Origin: Eledone cirrhosa
Lineage: Eukaryota
Assembly: GCA_964016885.1 (NCBI GenBank)
Contig: OZ024743.1
Span: 44,702,001-44,766,000 of the forward strand
Length of the DNA stretch: 64,000 nucleotides
Direction: 5' to 3'
Below the pieces are notes generated by a model. It did not search any database and was not told the DNA's origin. It was given only the letters and a program-made list of their open reading frames with translations. Shown in pieces: positions 38,738 to 52,797 of this stretch. The position numbers were made by a program, and so were the translations under genes. How positions within the stretch are numbered: position 1 is the stretch's first letter; each line of letters opens with the position of its first letter.

Positions 38738-41700
38738 CCCATGGTCGGGTCGTTGGCGACTAAACTGGCAACCCCACCAAGTTTTCTTGGTGAGGAGGGT
38801 GACTTTGGACATCCTGCAGGACTAAAAACAAAACCTGTCAAAGGGCAAAGGAGCTCTTAAGAGTCAATGGCCATCCAAAATCACCGAGAGAGATGACCCC
38901 TTAGCCTTTGTCAAGGCAGAATTCTAGGAGAAGGAAAACTCTGATATAACACCTGCAACCCTGATGGTATCCAATGATGTTGACTTGTTCTTCTTTTTGG
39001 TAAATATCGTTTTGATTAAGAGAGTGGGACTGGCTTTGCGCAGTGCCTTTGCACACTATAAAAGCTTCAGGGCACAGGCATTGCTTTGTATCTGGAGATC
39101 TCTCTGCACTTGTCGTCACAGTGTACCATGGGCCCAGCACTAAGTGTCAATAATTGTCACAAGTGTAGTGTTTGTACCAGTTTCAAGTCGCTGGCTGGAC
39201 TAAAAAGTCACACTCGTTCAGCGCATCGGTAGGGGTTCTCCTACATGGATATAAAGTAGTGGCCGTAATCGAAAACGAGTTGGCAGCCTGTATGTATATA
39301 TATATATGTTTATATCAGAGTTATCCCAGTTTCCTGAGTTGTCTTCTCCTAGAAGAATGCCCTGACAAAGGCTCAGTAGTTACCGATGGTGTTGATCTTT
39401 TCTTCTTTTCGGTTATAGCTACTGTCGCTCAGAGAGTGGGATTGGCTCAGTGCACAGTATTTCCTCACTTTAAAAAGAATATTCACACACAGGCATTGCA
39501 CGATAGAATTAATTAATAATTATTAATAATGTGATATAGTGCAATGGCCATACTCGATAACGAGGGGGCAGCCATCTTGTATGTATGTAAATCTGGGGCT
39601 TATAAAGAGGTGTACAACTTCCTAATGAAAGCATTCAGCAAAGTTCTGGACGGAGAAGAGGTAGAGGAAGAGGAGGAGGAAGAATAAGTAGAAGTAGAGA
39701 TTGACAGTGAAGAGGAAGGACAGCGTGGGCGGATTGCAAAGGAGGTAAAAGAGGAGATGGAGAAGGAGAAAGGTGATGCGAGTACCTCTGGTTATGTGGA
39801 GTATGTTCCTTACAATGAATTTGAAGAGAGTGACATTGAAGATCTTGAGGATCTTCGGTTAATTGATTACAACTCTAGCAGTGATGAAGGAGATGTTGTC
39901 AATGACAACAAGATACCAGGGTTGACGTTAGCAACGACGGGCGGGAAAGATAAGAAACGGAAGCAAGCACCATCATCGTTATCAGCAGAACATCACAAAG
40001 GAAAAACAAAGGAAATGTCAAAAAGACGTCCAAAAGTGACAATAGAGTATGAGACCGAGCTGGAGCAACCTTCCACCTCCAAAGAGAAGTTGGAATATTT
40101 AAATGTTATTGGAGGTCTGGAATGGGGGTGATGGGGTGGGTTGAGGTGGTGTGGGTGAACTGGAATTTAAACAGTTTGCACCTTTTTGTCTGTGTATGTA
40201 TCTATGTGTGTAGGTAGGTATGTATATATGTAGGTGTGTATGTAGGTGTGTAGGTTTGTGTAGGTATGTGTGTATGTATGTATATATGTAGGTATGTATG
40301 TGTATGTAGGTATGTAGGTATGTGTGTATGTGTGTATGTATGTATATATGTATGTATGTATGTTTATATGTAGGTATATATGTGTGAATATGTATGTATA
40401 TATGTAGGTATGTATGTGTGAATGTAGGTATGTAGGTATATATGTATATATGTAGGTATGTAGGTATATATGTATATATGTAGGTATGTATGTATATATG
40501 TAGGTAGGTATGTATATATGTAGGTATGTATGTATGTGCAACCCCACCAAAGATTCTTGCTGAGGAGGGTGACTTTGGACATCCTGCAGGACTAAAAACA
40601 AAACCTGTCAAAGGGCAAAGGAGCTCTTAAGAGTCAATGGCCATCCAAAATCACCGGGAGAGATGACCCCTTAGCCTTTGTCAATGCAGAATTCTAGGAG
40701 AAGGAAAACTCTGACATAGCACCTGCAACCCTGATGGTATCCAATGATGTTTACTTGTTCTTTTTGGTAAATATCATCTTGGTTAAGAGAGTGAGACTGG
40801 CTGTGTGCAGTGCCTTTGCTCACTATAAAAGCTTCACGGCACAGGCATTGCTTTATATCTGGAGATCTCTCTGCACTTGTCATCACAGTGTACAATTGGC
40901 CCAGCACTATGTGTCAGAAATTGTCACAAGTGTAGTGTTTGTACCAGAGTTTTCAAGTCGCTGGCTGGACTAAAAAGTCACACTCGTTCAGCGAATCAGT
41001 AGGGGTTCTCCTCCATGGATATAAAGTAGTGGCCGTACTCGAAAACGAGTTGGCAGCGACCATGTATGTATGTACTATGTCAGGTCACCAGTTGGTGTTA
41101 CTGGGAAGATGTATCCCAGTACAACCTGTCTCATGGTCGGGTCGTTGGCGACTAAACTGGCAACCCCACCAAGGTTTCTTGATGTGGAGGGTGACTTTGG
41201 ACATGATTGCAGGACTAAAAACAAAACCTGTCAAAGAGCAAAGGAGCTCTTAAGTGTCAATGGCCATCCAAAATCACCGGGAGAGATGACCCTTTAGCCT
41301 TTGTCAAGGCAGAATTCTAGGTGAAGGAAAACTCTGATATAACACCTGCAACCCTGATGGTATCCAATGATGTTGACTTGTTATTCTTTTTGGTAAATAT
41401 CATCTCGGTTAAGAGAGTGGGACTGGCTTTGTGCATTGCCTTTGCTCACTATAAAAGCTTCACGGCACAGGCATTACTTTATATCTGGAGATCTCTCTGC
41501 ACTTGTCGTCACGTGGTGCCATGGGCCCAGCACTATGTGTCAATGATTGTTACAGGTGTAGTGTTTGTACCAGAGGTTTCAAGTCGCTGGCTGGACTAAA
41601 AAGTCACACTTGTTTAGCGCATCGGTAGGGGTTCTCCTACATGGATATAAAGTAGTGGCCGTACTCGAAAACGAGTTGGCAACCACCATGTATTTATATA

Positions 41701-42800
41701 TATATGTGTATGTATGTATGTAGGTATATATATATATCCGGGAGAGATGACCCCTTAGCCTTTATCAAGGCAGAATTCTAGGAGAAGAAAAACTCTGATA
41801 TAACACCTGCAACACTGATGGTATCCAATGCTGTTGACTTGTTCTTTTTGGTAAATATCATATTGGCTAAGAGAGTGGGAATGGCTTTGTGCAGTGCCTT
41901 TGCTCACAATAAAAGCTTCACGGCACAGGCATTGCCTTGTATCTGGAGATCTCTCTGCACTTGTCGTCACATGGTGCCATGGGCCCAGCACAATGTGTCA
42001 ATAATTGTCACAGGTTTAGTGTTTGTACCAGAGTTTTCAAGTCGCTGGCTGGACTAAAATGTCACACTTGTTTTGCGCATCGGTAGGGGTTCTCCTACAT
42101 GAATATAATGTAGTGGCCGTACTCGAAAACGAGTTGGCAGCCACCATGTATGTATGTATGTATGTATGTATGTATGTATGTATGTATGTATGTATATATG
42201 TCAGGTCACCAGTTTGTGCTACTGGTAACATGTATCCCAGTGCAACTTGTCTCATGGTCTCGTCGTTGGCGACTAAAGTGGCAACCCCACCAAGGTTTCT
42301 TGGTGAGGAGGGTGACTTTGGACATCCCGCAGGACTAAAGACAAAACCTGTCAAAGGGCAAAGTAGCTCTTAAGAGTCAATGGCCATCCAAAATCACCGG
42401 GAGAGATGAACCCCTTAGCCTTTGTCAAGGCAGAATTCTAGGAGCAGGAAAACTCTGATATAACACCTGCAACCCTGATGGTATCCAATGATGTTGACTT
42501 GTTCCTCTTTTTGGTAAATATCATCTTGGTTAAGAGAGTGGGACTCGCTTTGTGCAGTGCCTTTGCTCACTATAAAAGCTTCATGGCACAGGCATTGCTT
42601 TATATCTGGAGATCTCTCTGCGCTTGTCATCACAGGGTACACTGGGCCCAGCACTATGTGTCAGTAATTGTCACAAGTGTACCAGAGTTTTCAAGTCGCT
42701 GGCTGGACTAAAATGTCACACTCGTTCAGCGCATCAGTAGGGGTTCTCCTAAATGGATATAAAGTAGTGGCCGTACTCGAAAACGAGTTGGCAGCCACCA
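38738..42800 (+). repeat. Cluster of 5 same-orientation ~610-bp non-autonomous repeats (RTE-5'UTR-like), each ending in (TATG)n
   Basis: Units at about 38738-39288, 40537-41062, 41078-41689, 41738-42146 and 42199-42800. Share 'ctaggagaaggaaaactctga' (recalled from RTE-clade 5' regions; unverified) and a 3' hairpin gtggccgtactcg aaaa cgagttggcagccac. Confidence 0.75.
39589..40103 (+). pseudogene. MAK16: Processed-pseudogene fragment of MAK16 (C-terminal acidic region)
   Basis: One frame reads KSGAYKEVYNFLMKAFSKVL-acidic tract (in-frame TAA)-VEYVPYNEFEESDIEDLED...KRRPKVTIEYETE, resembling the MAK16 C-terminal motifs (LKSGAY..YNF..AF.K.L; ESDIxDxED; V.IEYE.E). No introns, no acceptor AG at the start, flanked by (TATG)n. 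Confidence 0.75.
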
Positions 42801-42869
42801 TGTATGTATGTATGCGTGTTTGTGTGTGTATTTCCTTCGTTGTTAATAATTGCATATGAAATATACAAA

Positions 42870-43290
42870 CTTACATACAATTTGATTATTGGGGCACTGG
42901 GATATGTTAGTAACTGCCTCATTACAAATCTTCAGGAGCTAGGCTTCACAGGAACAGAAAGAACACAACTAATTAAGAAATTGAAAGTACAATCCATTAA
43001 TGGAACAGTAAAAATATGTAAAATATCCTCAAAATTTTGCATCTAATAACTGCATATACACATGCAGAGGTTCTAAGCATATAGACATGCACACATACAA
43101 CTTAAAACTTACACATCCACACATACAATAACGTCCATACCTACACATGCATACATGTGCAGACATGCATACATGTCTACCTAGTTGATGTCGTGTAAAT
43201 TCCAATGAGAGAGTATTGTGTCTATGTTAGAAACCGACTCTCTCTCTATTGGCAAAAATTTGTTATATTATAAAACCAGAAGAACTTACA
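42870..43290 (+). mobile_element. 3' fragment of a second R4/Dong-like LINE
   Basis: IIGALGYV..NLQELGF..IKKLKVQSINGTVKICK resembles the RLE-LINE C-terminus. Followed by (ATGT)n. Confidence 0.6.
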
Positions 43291-43341
43291 TGCATGTATG
43301 TATGTATGTATGTATGTATGTATGTATGAATGTATGTATGT

Positions 43342-43592
43342 ATTATTGGAGCTACAGATTATATACCAACCCGCTTGGACCAAAGTATAACTGAACTTGG
43401 ATTTGTGGACAAAGAGCGCAGCTCCCTAATTCATAGACTACAAATGGCTGCGATAGCTGGCACCTTCAAAATTAGCAAAACATTCTTGCGATTCAAGGAA
43501 TGACAATTTCCTTTCTTTTAATAACCTTGCCACCAGGAATATGGCTGGTCAAAAATGCAGTCGAAATTTTAGAGAAAAGAGACATACATTCA
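43342..43592 (+). mobile_element. 3' fragment of the same Dong family as 34445-34692
   Basis: Highly similar to the reverse complement of 34450-34692; ends in ACATACAT. Confidence 0.8.
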
Positions 43593-46500
43593 TACTTGTT
43601 GACTGCTTATTCTTGTTTATTGGGAGATGTCTCTGTATGCTTATGTGATCTGCCATGATACCTGGTACCTAGTGGTATATTACAAGGTCTTGAGCAAATT
43701 TGACGGATAAAACTCAGAACCTCTATAGTGTTGGATGAGCGTATCTATGTGATGGTAATCTTGTGTAGATGCTTTCTCTGTACAGGTTTACCTAATGCAC
43801 TTTGCTGCACATTGCAAAGATAGTATTTTTGGGAGGAGGAGAGAACACATTGGTATCCGTAATTTTATCTCTGGGCGTATGTGAATGATTTGGTATGATT
43901 AATATAAACTGCTTTCGAAAGAAGAATATCGCCACCGGTAACACACATCCCCCAGGCTAAATTCAAGAAAAATTATACAGGGTACAACGAAGACAAAAAC
44001 AATAATAACAACATAAATAATCACATTTAGATTCTTACGTCTCTAAATTAAACTTTTTATAAATCACATTAATACATTTCCACCATCGAAACTTTCAGGT
44101 TTTGCTTAAAGTAAGTAAAGCCTTATATTATATACGTTTCTACCTCCTGGGCCTTTCGATTCTCTTTTACATTTTTTCGTTATATGTTTTATCTGCCGAA
44201 TAGCTTCTATTAGAAGCAATAAGCTAAATTTGGGTTTAGTAACGTTCATATTACTGAAGCTATTGCTGTATATTGCCTTTTAAACAAAGTAGAATTGTTA
44301 TGTTTATACATACATCCATTACATATGAATTTCGGATGAAGCTGAAAATATTTTATGTTAAATAGTCTAATATACCATGAAGTAATCAAGAAAACAGTAT
44401 TAAATATAATTCTTAGAATGTTTCGTTCCTTTCATCAAATAAAACAAAAGTAAAGAATATGTTGGGTATTAAAATATGAATAAAATATAACTTATATATA
44501 AGAAACATTTTCTAAATCATATTTTAATGAAAGATATTCGACAAATATATAAAGAAATTGATAAATATTTCAATTATATTTTCCAAATTTGGGTATAATC
44601 TAAGATTTAGTTGAATGGAAATATAGATAAGGCCTTTGAACCAACTAAAGATAGCCATGATCGTGTTGAGAGTCTTATTTTCTTTCACGAATTCACATTA
44701 ACAAAAATTGCATATATATGCTGAGGAAGGTTTGTAAAATCTGAAATAGAGGTCAAAATAATTGGCAAAGCATTTTACACACGTTATTACAAGTGACATT
44801 TGACAATTCACTGACATCAAAAAAACATTGATATACTCAGTCATAAATATATTACACAGAGGAATGACAAAGGAACGTCAAAGGAGCGCAGCACTTCTTT
44901 GAAGGAAAGAAAGCGTGACAGAAAAAGACAAATATTCATAATAAGGGAATGGAATGAAATGGATCACCATCAGTGACGATGAGGAATGTTTCAAGTGTTC
45001 ATGTATTTAACATGAACATGTCTGAACATTCCACAGAAGAGTGTAATCTTAACATAATTCTTAAGTAAATTCAGTGTGGTAGTGTGTGACAAGTTGAGTC
45101 TTTTGAAATACAATCTAAAATCCAGTTCACAGGATTCCTCGCAGTTTCCGTGTACCAAATTTCTCTCACAAAGCTTTGTTTTATATGATGCTATAGTAAA
45201 TTATACTTACTCAAAATGTAACACGGTAGAATCGAAAACGTGTCTTTATGGTTTTGAAGTGAACAGCTTAACCATTCAGCTATGATGCGTCCACCACAAC
45301 AAAACTCTACAAATATTGTTGCCCCATTCAACCAGAAACACTGCACCTGCATTTAAATATATTTACTACTCACCACTTCTCAACCGTAGCGAATCCGCAC
45401 AGGAAGCGTCCTACATTCATTGCACCCTTTGTATCCAGCTCAACAATACCTATATTGAACTAAACTACTTCAACTAAACATCTCCATCAAGTCAGTCTAA
45501 CAATTAAGAAAGGAGATAACGTGTTTTAACAGAAGCACAAAGTTTTGGAGAGAAGAGAAGAAAGAGAGAGAGAGAGAGAGAGGGGGGGGGCATTCAATTA
45601 AACAGAGCTCGTGAGTTGTATTGTACTTTGCGATCTTCAATATGAAACGAAAAATTGATTGCAGTGTGAGTTGATCTCAGAAGAATTGTTAGACCCTCCA
45701 TCATTTCTGTAATTCCACTCCTTTCTATATTGACACATAATTATTTTGATCTGAACCAAAATGTTATTGATTTTCCCTTTCATATAGCAAGAATATCAAT
45801 AGTATAAGTAAATAACTGAAATTGTTAAATGTTAATAACAGTTTAATCTGAGACTCTATTTAATTCAAATTATTTATTCTCAATAATCTTTCTAACGTGA
45901 ACAGGCACGAGAGCTACAGCAAACGTAACTAAAGGTGTGTGTGAATCTATGGATATTCTACCGATTCCTTTTTAGTAGGTGTAGTTAAAAATAGGTTGTA
46001 CTCTGTCATTATCGATGTCAACATGGTAGCGAAATACGTAAATATTATCAATAACGTTCAGAATATAAGTGGTTTTTATGCTTCAGAAGGACTTAATCAG
46101 TTTTCAAAAGGAAATTACTGGACGTAATATTGGCCATCTTTGTTTCGTTGGCTAGTTCTAAATGAAAGAGAACATGACACAACAGTATTATAACTGTTTA
46201 ATAATGTAGTATATACTGCAGTTATAATTCTATAATTATATAATTATAACTGAGAAATGCAGTTTACAAGACATTAGAGATATAGTAATGACGTCGAAGA
46301 AATGCACCGAAAATTAATCCGTGAAGCAGAATTGCAACAAACCATTGTAAATCGGATATCTTTCAGTATCCAATGAACCAGTACTTGGACTGGAGAAGAG
46401 CAAACCAACCGAAAACTGTGAAATATATATAACGGATAAGATGGATAACACCAAAGATAAATATGTGCTTGTGTGTGTGCCTGTGTCTATACCTGTGTAT

Positions 46501-47227
46501 GTCTGTACGTGTAAATATTTATGTAAATATTTAAGTGTAAATGTTTATGTGTGTTTGTGAGTGTGTATGCGTGTGTTTATTTAAATGCGAAGAACACATC
46601 TTCTTTTGCCAGAAGGCTATTTCTCATTTTGAATTCGGTGTTCAATACCACCCTTAGTGAGACAGAGGGAATTATTGTAACTTTCTTAACTGTAATTCCT
46701 TTCTATCATCATTAGATCAGTTTACGGCTTAGCAGTTTGATCAAGATTCAAATTCACGATGCATACTCGTAATGTATATTTATATAAATATATATATAAG
46801 TGTGCGTGTGTGCGTGTGTGTGTGTTTGTCTATGTGTACGTGTGTGTGTGTGTATGTGTGTGTGTGCGTATGTGTGTGTGTGTGCAGTGGAAGATTAGAT
46901 GAGTTGTTCGAACGTCGAATAGAATGTTTGCACTATTCATTCCGTCTCTTTGCGTTCAACTCCTGGTGAGGTCATCTTTATGAGGTCAATAAAGGTAAGT
47001 ATCCAGTACAGCAATCGATTTTTCCTGTGTATCTCTTTCTCACTTCCTCTCTATCGCTGTCTTTCGTTATTCTGGCGGAAAAAGGGTGCTATTCAGATAA
47101 CAAGTGTTGGTAGGCTCAGCCAAGTTTAGAGAAAATGTCTAAGAAATGCCGCATGTCACTACAGCTCCCCTACGATTCTACAAGTAATTACACCTCTCTC
47201 CCTCTCTCTCTCTCTCCATATATATAA

Positions 47228-47294
<67 letters not shown>

Positions 47295-47300
<6 letters not shown>

Positions 47301-47770
47301 TTGTTGCTCTGAAATAGCTATATATATATGAATGTATATATAGTGTATTTTGCAATACACTGTATGCTTAATAAAAAGCATTTTGAAGAACTTATGCTAT
47401 TGTTTTAGAGTAGTGACAGACTCACTTACTTTAATTTCAGCAAACAGGGGGAGATAAAGCTGACGAGGCCTTGTTTCTGCATTTATTGATGCTTATCAAA
47501 GCCAATACTCCTCCCGTTTGCTGAGAACCTGGATGTTTTTGTTCTTATAGAATTCTAGTAAATAATCAGGAACTGATTATACAGAGCGGTTGCAGGTCAA
47601 GCAGAAATTAAAAATTAGAATTGTTGCTCTGAAATAGCTATATATATATGAATGTATTTTGCAAAACACTGTATGCTTAATAAAAAGCATTTTGAAGAAC
47701 TTATGCTATTGTTTTAGAGTAGTGACAGACTCACTTACTTTAATTTCAGAAAACAGAGGGAGATAAGGAA
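47295..47770. repeat. Partial tandem insert (period ~319 bp) in (TA)n
   Basis: 47295-47455 is repeated at 47614-47767. Confidence 0.8.
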
Positions 47771-47835
47771 AATATATATCAAATATATAATATTACGATA
47801 AGGAAAATATATATCAAATATATAAGAACCGTGGC

Positions 47836-48326
<491 letters not shown>

Positions 48327-48416
48327 TTATAGTTTTGCGAGGTTTTTGATATAAGTATAACAATATGTATTTATAGATATATATATATATATATAAATAT
48401 ATAGATATATAAAGGA

Positions 48417-48610
48417 AAATAGTCAGGACTCCGACGGCAGAGCTGAAGCCGTTTCGACGGCTATTTCTGGACTGTCCAGAAATAGCCGTGGAAACCGCTT
48501 GAGCTCTGCCGTCGGGGTCCTGACTCTTTTACTAATACCCACTCTACTACCCAAAGTATCGAGGACTCTGGTGCGTTATTGTCCACCCAGTTCCTTGCCA
48601 CACTTCCTTC

Positions 48611-48613
<3 letters not shown>
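48417..48613. repeat. Fold-back fragment of the element-1-family pLTR end
   Basis: 48417-48472 is the inverse of 48474-48530; continues in direct orientation to 'cttccttcgtt' then (TA)n. Confidence 0.8.
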
Positions 48614-48662
<49 letters not shown>

Positions 48663-48868
48663 CATACACACACATATATGCACATATACACACGAGATAT
48701 ATATAGTCTCTTTTATAAACCAGGAGCTACAGCCAGCAGCATCATTATTTATAAGATTCCAACACAATATATTCACTCCACCGTTTTCTCGGAATGGGAA
48801 TCGGATTATAAGATACGCCATCAATATATTTTCATCCCAAAATTATATATATATATAATAACACACAC

Positions 48869-48920
<52 letters not shown>

Positions 48921-48928
48921 ACACACAC

Positions 48929-49032
<104 letters not shown>

Positions 49033-49037
49033 GTATA

Positions 49038-49480
49038 CAGGGGTTGGACCGTCTTTGGCAATAATTACACCTTGAATTCTACGAGGTATGTACTCGTACA
49101 AAGTTTCAATTGTTTCCAAAGGAATTGTTGTCCATTCTTCATGTAAAACAGTCTCCAGTTCTTGTAGTGATGATGGTGGAGGATATCGACTCATTACTTG
49201 TTTTTCTAAAATGCACCATAAATGTTCAATAATATTGAGATCTGGGGACTATCGTGGCCAGATAAGATGTTCAACTTCACTAGAATGTTCCTCGTGCCAT
49301 TCAGTAACAACTTTAGCTGTGTGAATTGGTGCATTATCACCCTGAAAGATTGCGTTTCCCTCTGGAAACAGTTCCGCTACCATAGGATGAATTTGATCAG
49401 ATTAAATGATTAAATAGTATTGACTATTAATTCTGCCATGAAGGGAAACCATTGCGCCGGTGGTTTTCCAAGATATACCT
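49038..49480 (-). mobile_element. Tc1-like (DD36E) transposase fragment, same family as 13295-13596
   Basis: TA|CAGGGGTTGGAC terminus. [43 protein letters not shown]. Confidence 0.82.
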
Positions 49481-49489
49481 CCCCTTTGA

Positions 49490-51064
49490 ACACCTAAGCG
49501 ACAACGAACTGTATACAGAGATCCCGGACATAACTGCAGCCCTGATCGAAAAACAGGCCAACTCCACCTGGTTCGACATCCGTAGTAGAAGACAACTTCC
49601 AAATAAATTTTCAATTACACCACAAGAATAGTACTAAGACACAAATAAGACCCATCGTCTCTAGCATAGAAGGACCCCTATACAAAATCTCCTTGCTCCT
49701 CTCCCAGGTCCTCGAGCCTCTACTCTCCACCTTTCCTGGGCATGTCAGTAGCTCCGACGAGGTCATACGTAGACTACACCAACTTCAGCCAGAACAACTT
49801 AAATTAAATAGATACGCCTTTAGCCTCGACGTTGTCTCCCTCTACACTACAGTCCCCGCTCATCCAGCTGTCGATTGATTGATGGACTGCGTGGTCGCAG
49901 AAAACGTCCACGGCCTACATCCGACGGACATACACGAGCTTTTGTCCTTCACAGTGGAACAACACGTACTTCACCTTCCACCACCACACATATAGACAGA
50001 CAACAGGATTACCCATGGGATGCAGCCTATCGAGCCTGCTGGCCATCATTTATATGAACCAGCTAGCTAGAATGACGAGCTCTCAACACCTGCTATTCCT
50101 ATACATTCTTCACCCGATATGTAGATGATATACTCATCCTTACATCATCCCGTGAAGAAGCGGATAAAATATAAACGACATTCTCCACAATGGACGCCAG
50201 TATAAAGTTCAGCATGGAACACCCTGATGACCGCGGATCCCTATCCCTATTGGACTTCCAACTCAGGGTAACAGAGGAAGGCAACATCCACACCTGCTTC
50301 TATAAAAAGGCCGCCAGCAGGGACCTGTTTGTACATTTCAGATCGGCCCTCCAAGCCAGCGCTAAGTTCGGATACATAAGTAACGAACTAAACATCTCCG
50401 GAACAAATGCACCGACGCAAAAGACCGAGACACACACACACCACACATTTCCTGGAAGTACTTAAACTGAAGGGATACCCGACGTCAACCGCGAACCGTG
50501 CCAGAAACAACAGAGGGCACCACATCTGAGGCACTAACACCTGCTTCCTCAAGCTCCCACACTTCAGTGATGAAACAACAACAGCCATCCGCAGAGCTAT
50601 CAGACGAGAGGGACTAGATATCCAACTAGCCAACCCAGGACCTTCTCTACGCGGACAGCTAACCAAAAGACACTCCACCAGACATGACAGCCACTGCAGG
50701 CTAGCCAACTGCCCCATCAACGAAACAGACCTATGACACCAGGCTTACGTTGTAAACAGATTAGAGTGCGACAAATGCAGCAATTTCTACATAGGTAGCA
50801 CCACCAGGCCACTTCACATAAGAATAAAAGAACACCTCAGTACTAACGCTTCCTCATTTAAGAAACACCTCGTGAAATGCAAAAACACCGACAAAAGCAT
50901 AATAGTTAGGATAGAAGCTAAGGAAAGAAATCTTGGCAATCTTAGAATTAAAGAAGTACTGATTGTAGAAAAAACGCAACCACCAATCAATAACAGACTA
51001 GAACTCAACACCCAAGGTTTAACATGATATGGCACATAGCCTTACACTTACACCTCCACGTACC

Positions 51065-51096
<32 letters not shown>

Positions 51097-51460
51097 CACA
51101 CACACACACTCTTACACCTCCACTTAACCTCTCTCACACACACATACACACACAAAGACCAGTTTTAACATGATAGAGCATCTAGCCCTCATATTTACAT
51201 ATAGACATATCCTCTCACACTCACTCACACACACGCATGCTTACACCTTCACGTATTCTCCCATACACAGTTAAACATACATGTCCAAACCCCTTTTAGA
51301 GAGAGACACCATCTGTATCCACCTAACCTTCATTCTTTGGCATTAGAAATAAAATGGAATTTCTATACTATTTCCTGTCAGCATGACTTGGCAAGCTAAT
51401 TTGAACACTGGATTAAGCCCATTAATTCCCTCCGAAGAAGAGATATCTTGAAAATTAAGG
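49490..51460 (+). mobile_element. Decayed 5'-truncated Penelope/Poseidon-type PLE with a 3' minimal HHR
   Basis: RPIVSS, SLDVVSLYT, GLPMG, RYVDDI, IKFSME, FYIGSTTRPLHIRIKEH across frameshifts. HHR 51429-51460: cct-CCGAAGA-aga gata tctt-GAAA-atta-agg. Confidence 0.82.
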
Positions 51461-52046
51461 ATATTGCAAAGAACGGGAAAAAACTAATATAATACGTCAT
51501 TAATAGGAGCGGTGAAAAACAATTACACGCAAAGACAGAACAACGTTTATGGTATAAAAGAAGTCGTAGACTAATGTTCTCTTCGGTGGTTCATAGAGAC
51601 GTTCTCTGGCAATGAACGGAAAAAACGAAGATAATACGTCATATGTGGACCGTGGAGAACAATTGCACGCAAAGACAAAACCACGTAAATGGTATAGCTG
51701 AAGTCGTAGACTAAAATTCTATCTAGGAAACCGAATGAATCTCCGCTTCAGAGTTAAGAATAAAGTAAATAAAATACAATACAGAGGTAATAGAAAATAA
51801 ATAAATACATACACGCATGCAAATACGTACATATACAAGCACACGCGAAAACACTTGCCATACGTATACAAAACCATGCACATATAAATATATGTGTGTG
51901 TGTGTGTGTGCGTGTATACAAATAAATAAATAATTAAATAAACGTATATAAATAAATAAATACGTATATAACAAGCGCACACACATACCTACATGTAAAA
52001 CACGAATGTTCGGAGACGTAAGTCAACCAAAACATGAAGTACACAC

Positions 52047-52189
<143 letters not shown>

Positions 52190-52752
52190 CATATGTGTGT
52201 GTGTATGTATATATATATATGTATATCTATGAGGGGTCACTCTTGAGTGCTACTGGTATCATGTAACCCAGTACAACCTGTAGCATGGTCGGGTCGTCGG
52301 CTACTAAACCGGAAACACAACCAAGTTTACTTGGTGAGGGGGGGCGATTTTGGACACCCTGCAGGCCAAAAACCAAAACCTGACAAAGGGTGAAAGAACT
52401 CATAAGAGTCAACAGCCATCCGAAAGTGTGTAGATATGTATATACACATGTACCGCACGATTAAATAACTGGGAGTGGAGGACCCCTAGCCTTTGTCAGG
52501 GCATTCTTCTAGGACAAGGCAACTCAGGAAAGTGGGATAACTCCGATATAAAACCTGCGGCTCAGTAGTTACCGATGATGTTGATCTTTTCTTCTTTTTG
52601 GGGTTATAGCTACTGTCGCCCAGAGAGTGGGATTGGCTCAGTGCAGTCTTTCCTCACTTAAAAAACATCTTCACGCACAGGCAGTGCACGATAGAATATA
52701 TATATATGGAACAAAATCAAAGAGCGCTTACATCATCAATTAATCTTTATTT

Positions 52753-52797
52753 GCTGACAGGGTTTCGTCCTTGCATAATTGCAGGACTCATCAGAGC
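52753..52797 (-). ncRNA. Minimal type I hammerhead ribozyme, canonical core
   Basis: Reverse complement: gct-CTGATGA-gtcc tgca atta tgca a ggac-GAAAC cct GTC-agc. Confidence 0.85.

Noticed and set aside
38738-42800. CRISPR-like or coding tandem array
   Set aside because: Units are ~600 bp with no repeat-spacer structure, the ORFs are short and inconsistent, and the context is eukaryotic.
43600-45520. Faint GIY-YIG-like remnants (43600-43870 on -, 45400-45480 on +) or host exons
   Set aside because: Too degenerate to support a call; no convincing splice-bounded ORF.
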